Shown here: in pieces, positions 27,030 through 39,591 of the stretch
Position numbering within the stretch: position 1 is the first letter of the stretch
How the letters are laid out: each line of letters opens with the position of its first letter
Assembly (NCBI RefSeq): GCF_006345805.1
Contig: NC_043011.1
Location: 15,574,464-15,638,463, forward strand
Direction: 5' to 3'
Length of the DNA stretch: 64,000 bases
Source of the DNA: Octopus sinensis
Lineage: Eukaryota
Notes under the pieces: model-generated
Database searches by the model: none
What the model saw: the letters and a program-made list of their open reading frames with translations, nothing else
What the model was told of the DNA's origin: nothing
Made by a program: the position numbers and the translations under genes

Positions 27030-27370
27030 GACGCGGGCGGGATTCACTATTTCCTTTTATTGAAAGTAAAATCACTTTTGTGTAGAAATTTAAATCCTAG
27101 TTCATCGTATGAGTTTAGTTATTTATATCTAGACTGTAGTAGTTTCATATATTCTATTCTACATAAAAAACACATTTTATTCCCAATATTATAAGAGTGG
27201 GCTCTAACTATTATACCCCAAATAAGGGTGTAATCTCTTTTTCCAGATTTTAATTCCCATATAAATTTACTTAAACCTGTGGACATTCTTGAATTAGGAT
27301 TTTTGAAAGTCTTGGTATTATTGGGAGATCCTTTTTATAATCATTCCTCATATAATCATTCGAAGATTTT
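27030..27370 (-). pseudogene. Penelope-like GIY-YIG C-terminal remnant
   Basis: Manual minus frame reads FKNPNSRMSTGLSKFIWELKSGKRDYTLIWGIIVRAHSYNIGNKMCFLCRIEYMKLL...LNSYDELGFKFLHK. This is the typical PLE ending ST.LSK.IW.LK...C.LC..EK...LN...EL. Confidence 0.7.
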
Positions 27371-27542
27371 AGTACTTATACAGGCCTCTCAAAATTCTCA
27401 TTTTCCAAGTTTGCAATTTTCTCTCTCTCTCGCTCGCTCTCTCTCTTTGCCTCTGTGTGTGTCTCTCCCAATCTCTCCTCTATCTCTCTGTCTTTCTCCT
27501 TCTCTCACTCTTTTTCTCTCTGTCTCCCTCCCCCTCTCCCCC

Positions 27543-27596
<54 letters not shown>

Positions 27597-28200
27597 TATG
27601 CTTGCATATGTTTATTTATGCATACCTATACTTACACAAACATATATATGCACATAAAACACATACAGCAAGCACTCATATATGTGAATCTAAGAATGTC
27701 TATCGATATACATAAGGGAAGACATTTGGCACATACCCACGTGCGGCAGTCACTACAAATTTCTGCGTATTTATTCGAGCCGATACGAATTTTTTTCTTT
27801 GCGAACAATGAGCCATTATAGCTGTACGCAAAGTTATGCGACATTACTTATATATGTCAAAGATGTTAGCAATGGAGTAGTATAGAAGACTGGCACAAAT
27901 AAAATTATAGAAAAAAAAAGTTTTTAACGAACTGAGTGAAGCCAGCAATATAAGATCTTTTCTTTTGTAGCATTGTTTCTTTCTTTATATTCTCTTCTCT
28001 GACAAGCAAGACATCATGTCAGCTACTGATTAGCTGTTATTAACTTTTTTACGTATAAATTTTGCAGAGCAAACGACCCAGACAGACAGTAAGAATAAAT
28101 AAAGAGGAAGAACATCGGGAAATTACAAGTTATCACATAGAGACAGCTCATATTATATATCATGTATATGTATGTATATATGTCTCTGTATATGTATATA

Positions 28201-28275
<75 letters not shown>

Positions 28276-28361
28276 ATGCATATATGTATGCATATATGTA
28301 TATCTACGTATACATCTATATATTTACAACTAGACATACATATCAATTATATATGCAGGCT

Positions 28362-28396
<35 letters not shown>

Positions 28397-29364
28397 ATGT
28401 GTGTATGTATATGTATGAATATATGTTTGTGTATATATATGTATATGTACGTATAAGTTTATATATATATATGCATATATGTGTGTGTTTGTGTGCTTTT
28501 ATACTGCGATTGGTATTGTTTATTTTTTATTCTAGCAACTGAGAAAATAAATTTGTGTGAATACATGTACGTTCTCATTTGTATTACTCCTTTATGATGA
28601 TAACTTGTTATTTTGTTATCTGTGTAGGGATTTGTTAGTGCATGCACGAGTACCGCATGGTAGTCTATACATATATGAACGTATATTTTCACGCACCTTC
28701 ATTTCTACGTTTGTACATGCTTACCAACTCTCGACCATCATCCTGGCTTCTCTCTTTGCTCTCGATTACATTGTCGAATCTGCGTCTTCGCCGTAAGTCT
28801 TCGGTCTTCCCCGACGCCTAAAAACGTTCTTTCCACATAACCGACACTTTCATGCGCCTCCGGTAATCTCATTCACTGTTCATCTATACCTTACACTTGT
28901 TTCATTCAATTGTTCCTTCAATTGCTGTCCTAACACACCTGTCCTTTACCGTTGAACTGACTACATAAACTCAGTACAGCAACACATTGAATCAGCATAA
29001 ATATATAATATAAATATATAGTGTATATAAATAGATGTGTGTATCATTCCCTTGTTAACAATTAACACGGAAAAAATAATAAATAGTTACCAGGGTAGCA
29101 AAAAATCACACAAATTAAAAAGGCTGTAACTCTTTGTTTTTAAGGGTAAAAACGTAGGGTTTACGTGAGATTTTTTGTATAATAGATATAAATAAATAAA
29201 TGGAGTTTAACTCAAGTGTAATTCATTTATATATATATATATACATACGTACACACACCTACACACACACACACGCGCGTACAGATACTCATACACACCG
29301 TTGCACAAGCACAGATGCAAACAGTGCACATGCACTGTATAGCTTCATAGACGTAAGTATACCA

Positions 29365-31045
29365 TTGGGCATGTGTTCTCTACTAGAGCCAACGAAATCC
29401 TTGTGAGAGGATTTGGTAGACGGAAACTGAAAGAAACCTGTCGTATTGATGACTGTATCGGTGCAACCTTACTTTTCCGCGGACCTCTTGACACCTTCAT
29501 CTCTTTTGTCCAATCCTTCCAGGTTTCTCTCGAATTCTCCTGCACTATTTCCAACACTTCCGTCGCATTTCTCAACATTTCGGTCAACACACACCACTCT
29601 GCTCTCACTTACTACTTCCCCCACAAACACACCGACTCATACTCATACCGTAACTTCTCCATCTCCCACGCTACCCACATGAGGCTCTCCATCACCTACT
29701 CTCAATTCCTCCGTCTGCACAGGCTCTGCAGTGACAACCATGTTTTTTCAAACTCAGACTCAACGCATGGCTCGCAACTTCATCCTTCATGGACATCCCC
29801 TTAGCACTATCCACACAGGCCTTGCCAGAGCACGTTCTGTGGACCGTGCCTCTGCTCTCTCTCTCTCCGCACCCACTCCACCGTTACCCGTCTCCCATTC
29901 CCTCTTACTTACCACCTCTGCAAGCTGTCTCTCCAACGCACCATTCTCCGAACCTTTCGGCTATTCCAGTTCGACGCATCCACCTCCTATACCTTCCCCA
30001 AACTACTCCTTCCCCTCTTCAAACTAGCTCACAACCTGCGTGACCTTCTGGTCCACATTTTCCCTTATGACCACCACCCAAACTAGCACGTTCCCCTGCT
30101 CCCTCCCATACTGCCGCGCTTGCCCCTAACTCTCCAACACCACCTTCCTCACAAGCACCATCATCGTCCTTATCATATGACTGACTCCTTTACCTGCAAC
30201 GTCATTTACCTCATTCTCTGCTCTTTCTGCCCTTCTCTGTAGATCGGTCAAACAGGACGCCGCTTGGCTGACCGGTTCGCGGAACACCGCCGAGACATCA
30301 GAGTCGGCAATAACACCCCGGCCTCGCGCCATTTCCGCTGTACCGGTCATTCCCTATGACACCTGTCTGTGTTCGGATTACTTTTGCACACGGGCCATAT
30401 GGACTCTCGCCTTCGCCGTGAATGGGAATAAATCTTCTCTCTTTACTCTTTTCCGCATCATATGCTCAACTCTCCACCTCTCGTTGTCTCACTCCCCTTC
30501 TCTTCTCTCTTCATCTGGCACATACTTCCTCTCTTCACTTCTTCCCACCTTTCCTGTCCTCTCTTCCTCTGACACATACTTCCTTTCTTCACTCCAACCC
30601 ACCTCTCATGTATACCTCCCCACACCCCTATACTTCATCCCACACGCCATCATCCACACACCAACACATTACAGACGTACACACTTACACTCGCATACAT
30701 CTACACACGTCAAAGTCACTAGTCCCTATTCACACACATACACTTACATACGCGCGTGCACCTTTGTTTTGGGATCATCAATACTTTATTATCTCTCCTT
30801 TTTACTACCTCATCTGTCAAAAATTTCTTTCTAACCAGTCGCAATTTTTGACCGCTAAACGCACAAGGCTTTTACTTCCCTCTCATTTTATTTTCTTGAA
30901 TTTCTTTCCGTTTATGAGCGGAGGCTCGAAAGCTAAAAGACTTTCTCGTTTTCCCGAACGTCAAATTAATAATTCTGCTTGTTGATCATACATCTGTCTT
31001 CGTCTTTTACTTTTTTGTAAATTTTAAATATATATATATATATAT

Positions 31046-31083
<38 letters not shown>

Positions 31084-31086
31084 TTA

Positions 31087-31119
<33 letters not shown>

Positions 31120-31345
31120 CATACATATATATCATATGCCTGTATGTGTGCGTGTCTTTGTTTGATTTTTTGCGTGTGCGTGTGCTTGTCTTTGATTCCC
31201 ACGACCTTGACAACCGGTGTTGGAGTGGTTACGTCGCTGCAAACTTAGCGGTTTTGGAAAAGACAGTCAATTCATTAGACTTAAACAATTTTCAAGGCAG
31301 TGTCCCAGCATGACCACTATCTAGTATCTGCAAAAGTAAAAGAGA
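29365..31345 (+). mobile_element. SINE family A split by a Penelope insertion (head part 29365-29445, tail ~31150-31345)
   Basis: GGATTTGGTAGACGGAAACTGAAAGAAACCTGTCGTA ends at 29445. The SINE tail TTGACAACCGG...AACTTAGCGG...CCCAGCATGACCAC resumes after 31150. Confidence 0.7.
29445..31025 (+). mobile_element. 5'-truncated Penelope-like element (RT C-terminal half, GIY-YIG, pseudo-LTR region)
   Basis: RT part: IDDCIG...FLNI...HKHTDSYSY...SITYSQFLRLHRLCS. GIY-YIG part: FTCNVIYLILCSFCPSL*IGQTGRRLADRFAEHRRDI...RHF..TGH. Stops and frameshifts are present. Confidence 0.9.
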
Positions 31346-31527
31346 ATGTCCTTTTTTCCCCTTTGTTTCTCTCGTTGTTTGCGTATTGAACTCATTTGTT
31401 TTCGTATTGCATGTTGTTTACTGTTGGTGACGTCCTGTACCCATATGTATATATGTATATATGCATATGTATATATGTGTATGTATGTATATATGTGCAT
31501 ATAAATATATATATATATATATATTAT

Positions 31528-31579
<52 letters not shown>

Positions 31580-31580
31580 A

Positions 31581-31795
31581 TTTTTATTCTTTTACTTGTT
31601 TCACTAATTTGACTGCAGCCATACTGGAGCACTGCCTTTTGTCGAGAAAATCGACCCCAGGATTTATTCTTTGGAAGCATGGGACTTATTCTATCGGCCC
31701 ATTTGCCGAACCCTAAGTTACGAGGACGTAAACACACCAGCATCTTTGATCAAACAACGATGTGGGGACAAACACAGACATACAAACACACACAT

Positions 31796-31842
<47 letters not shown>

Positions 31843-31967
31843 GGGCTTCTTTCAGTTTCCGTCACAAGGCTTTGGTCGGCTCGAGTCTACAGTAGAAAAC
31901 ACTTGCCCAAAGTGTCACGCTGTGGTTGCTAAGCAAGCTTCTTACCACACAGCCATTCCTGCTCCTA
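31581..31967 (-). mobile_element. SINE family A
   Basis: Reverse-complement homology to 6873-7312. Confidence 0.88.
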
Positions 31968-31997
31968 AATATATAACGTATGCCGTAGACGACTGAT

Positions 31998-32298
31998 CAG
32001 GTTGCCAGCTTGCCTTACGGCAAGTGGGCCGTTGCGCCATTAGAATCAATATATGGGGGCCCGTGTTAGTATCTAAGAGGCACATCCCCTCAAGTTTGAG
32101 AAGTTTTCTATTCACTCCTGAAAGAATGCGTTAATTATTTCAGCCTGGCTGTGTTTGTAGTCAATTGAAAAGAATACCCTTAACAAAAATAAAAAAAATA
32201 ATAAATGCTAGTATTGTAGTTGCGGGTAGGCCCCCTTGTATTTGCGGGTGGGCCCCTTTGTTGTTGCGGGTGGGCCTCCTTAGTATCCTGGCAACCAA
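31998..32298. mobile_element. Possible hAT-like MITE
   Basis: Short inverted ends GGTTGCCAG (32000-32008) and CTGGCAACC (32288-32296), plus three ~23-bp TTGCGGGT(A/G)GGCC repeats near the right end. No TSD found. Confidence 0.4.
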
Positions 32299-34147
32299 TA
32301 TCTTTATACCCAGTCCTCTACTGAATGTATGTACGCAGGTATTATTCTTACTAAATAAATATTGCTTCAGGAAATCTACCTGTATTTGATGTTGCTGAGT
32401 TGGTCATCAGCTGTGCGCAATACAGTAAAAAGAATCCAAAATTTCAAAAGTAGAATGGTGCATCATGAAAAAAAAAAAAAAGGCTGACTGTTTGTTAATG
32501 CTATATCAAGAAGAGAATAATTTCAAACATTTAGAAATCTATAAAATAACATGAAATGCAAAAAAAAAAAATATTAAAGTAGTTGGAGGAAAAATTAACA
32601 GATCCATTAAATCGTTAATTAATAAGTTTTATCTATTTTGCAAACCACTCTGAACTAATTAATAGTAATTACAGAATTTGCATATCTATCTTACCATTAG
32701 GCTATAAAACTTGGTTAGTGAAGGAGATGTATGGATGGCAGTGTAGGAAGACTAGTTCGATATACGGTCGGAAGTATTGCAGAAGAGGTGGGTGGGTGAA
32801 AGAAAAGCAACAACAAAAAATCATGGTAATATGTTTGCAAATGTGCTTACGCAAATATTAAAGGCCGATAAATATTATAGAAGTTAAATTGATATCTGAA
32901 TAAGCACAAGAATACGCAGTCAAGTAAACTGTCGTGGCATTCACATTACTGGAAGCCTCTGGCAGAACGAACTAATAATATAATCTCCCCAAGGGACGGT
33001 GGATATAAGTAGTAAAAATATTATAGTTAATAAGTGCATATGTGCAAGGGATAGAGTGAAGTTATCTTCCTATTAGAACCTTGGAAGTTTAGTATCGACC
33101 AAAACCGGACTATTTAGCCTACCCTATAAAATAAACAGTAGAACAGACTCTTCAGACTAGTCACATCATAACAAGTATGGCATTCAGATGATATACTATG
33201 ACGGAATCGTCGGAAGTATTTGCCGCATGTTTTTGAACTTCCGTAGGGATTATACTTGTAGCTCAATTCTGATAGAGACTGACTGCTTTGTTTATAATCG
33301 TGTTCCAGTCTCTTTCCACTTCAAAATTAGCGCGCAACCGGCTCTGAAGGAGTTTCACAACTCCACTGAGCAGCGGCCGTTGTAGGTTGATGAGATCCTG
33401 TTCCTGAACATACCATCAGAAACTGCTGCTCCCTCCCATCCATCCAGTGTCGAACAAAAGAATTCCAATAATATCCTGCGGGTATTATGTATCTTGGACA
33501 GATAATAATGTGTTATACAAAATTCTTATATATTTAGTATAGACTACTAATGCCAGGAATTATATAATATTTCTTCTGTATTAATACGTTCAATCTTGGT
33601 CACGTAACATGATGGTGAAGTTGACTAAACTAACCGAAAGATCTATCACCAAGTTTATAAGAAACTAATCGATTTTATATTAGAAATGTATAATTTAGGT
33701 ATTTTGAGGAGATTTCTGTCGGATAATAACAATGTAGCCTGAACTGACAGGTCACCCGGTCACTCTTTGACCAACACTTTCTCAACTCTGGTGAACGTGA
33801 AGTTTGCTTAAATCAGTCATAGCCTGCCATCTGTACATTAATAAGCTAGATGCTGCTAGGTCTGATGATGCTCACTGGGCAAGACTAGCTAGAAATGGTA
33901 GCCAAATTTTCCTCAAATAAAAACAATCCTCTTAAAAATAGTAAGGACACATTAGATACACCTAGTGTCGAAGCAGCGTACTCAGATTAGGAATAACATT
34001 GATCTTACGTCTATTGGATTGTATTTGATCTCGGCTAGCAGCAACAACAACGATAACAACAATAACCACTATTAAGAAGATAATATTTTCTATATTATTT
34101 ACATTATTTACAATTGGCGGATATTTGCCCTCATCTTGTTTGTTGTT

Positions 34148-34193
34148 AACTCAACGTTTCGGCTGATATACCCTCCAGCCTTCATCAGGTGTC
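34148..34193 (-). ncRNA. Minimal type I hammerhead ribozyme motif (core intact)
   Basis: Minus strand reads GACAC CUGAUGA A GGCUG gagggUaUaU CAGCC GAAA C GU U GAGUU. It has both conserved core boxes, a 5-bp helix II, a palindromic ACGU helix III and a GUU site. Helix I forms 4 of 5 pairs. Confidence 0.65.
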
Positions 34194-34384
34194 TTGAGGA
34201 AATTTCGAAACTGGGTTCTCACTCCCAAGATATTTTTCGATGTTGTTGTTGTTGTTCTTCTTCTTGTTCTTCTTGTTCTTCTTGTTCTTCTTGTTCTTCT
34301 TCTTGTTCTTGTTCTTGTTCTTCTTGTTCTTCTTCTTCTTCTTCTTCTTCTTCTTCTTCTTCTTCTTCTTCTCTTCTTCTTCTT

Positions 34385-34445
<61 letters not shown>

Positions 34446-34457
34446 TATTATATTATT

Positions 34458-34907
34458 GAGTGAGAGAGCAGTTCATGCCATCAAAGTGACACTGGGGTAA
34501 AATATACGAAGCCCAATATACCCATCATGACTACCCGTCTGATAAAGGTACACCAGGTACATGCATCACAACCATATGTGCGCGACATGGTGATCTCATA
34601 TCAAGATAAACAGCACATGACCTTGCAGGTGGGGCCCAGTTTGAATTTTCTTCAGGTTGAGTAGCCATCCCGCTCAAACGGTCCCCGAATAAGGGTTGTT
34701 TAAGGATGTTGAAAGAACCACCCATGTTTCCAGAGGTGAACTATTCAAACCCCAAAGCATCCTCTCAACACATGGCTATGATGCTCCCCCACTACTTCTG
34801 CTCGTGATCAGAGATGCACATATCGTCAGCCACTAAGGGACATGCTCAACTGGTTAAGGTCAAACAACTGACAAGCAAATCTGTGGTATTGAGCAGAATA
34901 TTTGCTG
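34458..34907 (-). mobile_element. 450-bp non-coding insertion embedded in (TAA)n
   Basis: GC-richer unique block with (TAT)n directly on both sides. It splits the microsatellite of the left SINE D arm; the uninterrupted right arm shows the empty state. Confidence 0.75.
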
Positions 34908-34930
34908 TATTATTATTATTATTATTATTA

Positions 34931-35008
<78 letters not shown>

Positions 35009-35099
35009 TATTATTATTATATTATTCAGGTTACTCCCGGAATCGAACTCGGAATCTTGGGGTTGGTAGCCCGCGCTCTTAACCACTACGAGTATATGA

Positions 35100-35161
35100 C
35101 GTAGTGGTTAAGAGCGCGGGCTACTAACCCCCCAAAACCGAGTTCGATTCCAGGTAATGAT

Positions 35162-35248
<87 letters not shown>

Positions 35249-35520
35249 AAGAAGAAGAAGAAGAAGAAGAAGAAGAAGAAGAAGAAGAAGAAGAAGAAGA
35301 AGAAGAAGAACAACAACAACAACAACAACAATAACAATATCGAAAAATACCTTGGGAATGAGAACCCAGATTCGGAATTTCCTCAAGACACCTGATAAAG
35401 GCTGGAGGGTATATCAGCCGAAACGTTGAGTTAACAACAAACAAGATGAGGGCAAATATCCGCCAATTGTAAATAATGTAAATAATGTACGTAAGTCCTT
35501 ATCTCTTAAATATAGAACTG
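35100..35520 (+). mobile_element. tRNA-headed SINE family D, right arm
   Basis: CGTAGTGGTTAAGAGCGCGGGC...GAGTTCGATTCC (A/B-box-like), then (AAT)n(GAA)n(CAA)n, then a tail with a hammerhead motif, ending TATAGAACTG. Confidence 0.85.
35387..35432 (+). ncRNA. Hammerhead motif copy with core mutation (CUGAUAA)
   Basis: Same fold as 34148-34193, but G8 is changed to A, so it is predicted inactive. Confidence 0.55.
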
Positions 35521-36432
35521 TAATATTTTCTATTTCTCTCTAATGTTTCCTCAAATAAGAATCCAGTTGCAATCTCTTTAGGTGAGTTCAAACTCAAACA
35601 GAAATCTTAAAAAGCCATCACCAATAGATATCTTATTTCGTTTCTACTTCAGCAGCACAAAAGCACGAATTTTAACGCTGATTTAGGAAAACCTTTATGT
35701 TTTATTTATCTAAATCTCATCCTACAATCTTGGATTCTTGTATTCTTTTATTCCTTTACTTGTTTTAGTAATTTGACTGCGACCATGCTGATGATCGTTT
35801 GTTTTTAACATTTTATTGATAACATACAAAAACAGCGACCAAAGTCTATGAAATTTGCCGGCGTATCTCATTGGAATAACCTCTCCCTCTTGAGTTAGCA
35901 GTTAAATCTAAATTACAGATTTTGTTTGCGATAATAAATTGATTCCATACGCCACACAATATCATTATGATTCTAACCGATTACTGATTATCTGATAAAA
36001 CAAATGACTAAATTACACGTTCTGTGTTTTCAGAAATATTACCTATATTGTTCTTTTGTTCCAAATAAAATATTTCATGAAACACAATTTAGATGGTGGA
36101 AAATATGTCGTTGTGTCTGCTCTCATAATTTTCTGTATCTTCTGTCTATAATTTAAAAATAACTTATCAATATAATGTAATAATAGAGTGTGTTCATAAG
36201 TCAAATCTTTAGCATTATATGATTGCTAGTAATTATGAGTCAGCGAATAGCCTCTAGGTAGTGACATATATTCGACACGTTAGAAATAGTAGCTAATCCC
36301 TACAAAATCACAAGACATTTTCATAAGCAACGATGAACATTTTCTACAAAAAAAATGATAACAACAAAACTACTAATAATAATCATTGCTCTTCCCACTG
36401 GACACCATTCTCAGTTTTACAATTATAACAGG

Positions 36433-36746
36433 GTGGAGGCACATGGCCTAGTGGTTAGAGCAGCGGACTTCCGGTCGAGGGATCGCGGGTTCGAATCTCA
36501 GACCGGACGATGTGCGTGTTTATGAGCGAAACACCGAAGCTCCACGTAGCTCCGGCAGAAGGTAATCGCGAAATTTCTGCTGACTCTTTCGCCATAACAT
36601 TCTCTCACTCTTTCCTCCTGCATCTTGCAGCTCACCTACGATGGACCGGCGTCCCGTCCAGGTGGGGAACCTATACGCCAAGAAATCGGGAAACCGGCCC
36701 TGATGAGCCAGGTATGGCTCGAGAAGGAACATACAAACAAACAAAA
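36433..36746 (+). mobile_element. tRNA-derived SINE family C with 12-bp TSD
   Basis: A-box TGGCCTAGTGG, B-box GGTTCGAATC and an (AAAC)n tail. TSD AATTATAACAGG at 36421-36432 and 36747-36758. Confidence 0.9.
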
Positions 36747-37159
36747 AATTATAACAGGAATTTTCAAGTATATTTAGAAGTTAGGAATTCTTCTTACAAT
36801 TTATACGTTGTATATCTAGCAACTTCACACTGTTTATATGAATCGAGCCAGATATGAAATTAATCACTATTATCAACAAAACTAGCCAAGAAGACCGTAT
36901 ATTTTAAGAGAAAATCAAAATAAATCATGTTTACTCCCTCACTGTAGATGAGGTGTAATGAACTGCAACATTTCCGACTAAACGTAATTCGGCGACCATA
37001 TATGTATATACTGAATATTAATCACTTTGGCTATGAAATATTATCAGTCAGTGAAAACAATATAACATTCGAATTCAGCTTGGCATTTTTAACCTTACTT
37101 TCTTAATGAAAAAATGCAATTACGTAATTTGAAAGAATTTCTTTTTTAAACTTACGTCA

Positions 37160-37556
37160 TCTTTATATATAAAAGTCAAGTTGTGTGTCTGTCTCCTACG
37201 ATTTAGATTCCTAACTACTCCCACATTTTGCGTTGCAGTTTAACCAAAACCGGATATCTTATAGTCGTGATTCATATCGAGCCCTTCTGGGTATTAGCGC
37301 GCGTCTACGATGCGTCTACGATTTTTAAAATAATTTACCATCAATTTTTTCCATTTTAATGCATTTTTTTCGCTATTATATAAGGAAGTAACTCTCTAAA
37401 AATGTCTACGATGAGTCAACGATTTAAAAAAAAAATTACCATAATTTTTTTTCCATTTTTAATGCATTTTTTGGCTATTTTTTGGCTATAACTCTCTAAA
37501 ATGCTTATATAGTTATTTCCCTTACAAACCCGAGCAACGCCGGGCGATACTGCTAG
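37160..37556 (+). mobile_element. Non-autonomous Helitron (397 bp)
   Basis: 5' end A|TCTTTATATATAAAAG. 3' hairpin CCCG(A)GC-AAC-GCCGGG (37529-37544) followed by CTAG|T. No TSD. Internal ~110-bp duplication. Confidence 0.85.
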
Positions 37557-39591
37557 TCATATATATTTCAATTTATTTATTCAATATCTCACAATATCTT
37601 CATATTGTAAATTTTGTGTACTATGTGCCGTCCTCATTTTCCCTTTACGCATACACACGCGGGCTCACACACACAAACGCAAATATATATATTCAACATA
37701 TGCAGGTATGCATGTATGTGTGTTTGTGTTCTGAAATGACCTCTTCATAGGAATGTCTTTAGAGTCCATAGTAAGGATTGAGGTTTAGCAGGTTTTATTT
37801 TTATGAGAAACAAAACCAAAGGAAAGTACGAGTCCAAAAAATGTTGGTCCTGTTTCGTCTGAAGACATGTCAAGGACTAATGAATGATAAGGAATAGCGG
37901 TTATCTTAGGTAAAGAGACTGACAGGAGCAAGATTTTAAGAACACTGTTAGTGGGTATGTGATCGGGGTGCTAGAGATAGTATTGAAAGTGAAGTTGTGT
38001 TTAATAAAATGCTGACGCTTATAAACGCAGTAGATGATAATAGTACCAAAATTATCAAATTGTCACGAAAACTGCTCAGATTTGACCGTTTCGCGTCACA
38101 TGGCATTTCTCAGGCTTCACCTACCTTTCCTGATATAATTTAGAATTTTACTTTTAACAATTTAGAAAACATTTGCTGATGAGGATTTGGCATTTGGAGG
38201 GCATAAATTTATAGGAAACCATCGATATTATTTCTAAGCAACAGATATCCTATGGCTGTTTAATACGGAGAAGACACAGTATGCCGTGTCGAAGTATTTA
38301 GATGGAAAATAGTAGAATATTTACCTTAACCACTCGATCTCATATTATAACAATTTTTTAATGTTTGGAAAAGTAGATATCATTTTATATGACGAAACTA
38401 TTGATTAACCTGCTGTTCTAGGTTTTATATTTCTTAAAACAATTCAGAATATATTGTTTACTAGTTTTCTTTTCACATATTATGTAATATAATTTACTCC
38501 GTGTATCTTATTTCATTACAAATGCAGTTATCCGAAACTATGGTAATTCTGTTTTCGGCTTCACAAATAACCGGAATAAAAGGAAAAACAGAAGTTTCCT
38601 GTGAACACTTTGATAATGATTTATAAATAAACTTACATGACACTTATTACGTTATTTAGATAATATATTGACTAAAAAAATTATCCCAATGAAATGGGAA
38701 TGCTTGGTTCATATATTAAATGATTTCTTTGCTCTGAGATATATGCATTATGCATTAACAAGGCTACGATCTAAGCTTCGTTTTCTTACTAATCTCGTTT
38801 GCATATTTTTCTATCAATTCCATACACTTCGTTCGTAGTGATAAATTTATAAATTCATTATCAGTGTTCCTGTACCTGTAGAGTCTCACGTTCAATTACA
38901 TAAGCCAATAAGTTTCCAATCCTTTTAAGTCAGACAATGACAATCGAGTAACTTCGAGATGGGTTTTGGAACTGCAGTTTGCCGCGTACTTCAAGAGACT
39001 CATATGAAATCATGAATATATAAATAAATAAACACATTTCACAACAACAGAAAAAAATCTGGAAAATTATAATAATGCCCTGCTTTCAATGCTATAACAG
39101 TAAAAACTTTTCCCAAATCATTCGGATATACATCTATAGAAGCACACACAGACATGCAAACACACACATATGTACATATGTATACATACATATATATATA
39201 CATATATGTATTTACAAATATATATATATATATATATATATAAACATACATGCATATACTCACATACACACACACAAATACGCACGTGCGCGCACACACA
39301 CTCACATACTCAAAAAATGTTCGTCCTGTTTCGTCTGAAGACACGTCAAGGACTAATTAATGTTAAGGAATAGCGGTTAGATTAGGTAGAGAGACTGACA
39401 GTATGTACCCCAGCACGACCGCTACCAAATATACTGAAACTAATTAAAGATTATAAGGTAAAAGACACCATCACGCATTTGCTCTACCCTGGTGTTAGAC
39501 AACTTAAAATCTCTTATCAGAATTTGGGCTCCTACTATTGGACACACACTAGCGCGAGTAAATAACTGTAAATTTAATATTACCTATCTAT

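Larger units (their letters stand above)
34094..35090 (-). mobile_element. tRNA-headed SINE family D, left arm (head, (AAT)n/(GAA)n/(CAA)n, hammerhead-bearing tail), interrupted by a 450-bp insertion
   Basis: Reverse-complement copy of 35100-35486. Head is at 35027-35090 and tail at 34094-34240. Confidence 0.85.

Noticed and set aside
30905-30945. Hammerhead in the pseudo-LTR region of the 29.4-kb Penelope (TTATGAGC-ggag-GCTCGAAG)
   Set aside because: The position is plausible, but both core boxes are broken, so it cannot be called from this copy.
33190-33470. L1/Tx1-like C-terminal remnant
   Set aside because: The similarity is too vague to support without a search.
35027-35165. Genuine tRNA genes
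   Set aside because: A/B-box-like motifs are present, but I see no complete cloverleaf or oligo-T terminator. These are SINE heads, as are all other tRNA-like segments in the window.
36698-36730. CTGATGAGCC...GGCTCGAGAA in the SINE C tail as a hammerhead
   Set aside because: It has GAGA rather than GAAA and no helix I or III, and it is absent from the related copy at 59585. It is more likely a 3' stem-loop.
37850-37925. ~80-bp repeat (also 39320-39400) containing TTTCGTCTGAAGA as a ribozyme
   Set aside because: CTGAAGA and GAAAC lie on opposite strands. It is only a small dispersed repeat of unknown origin.
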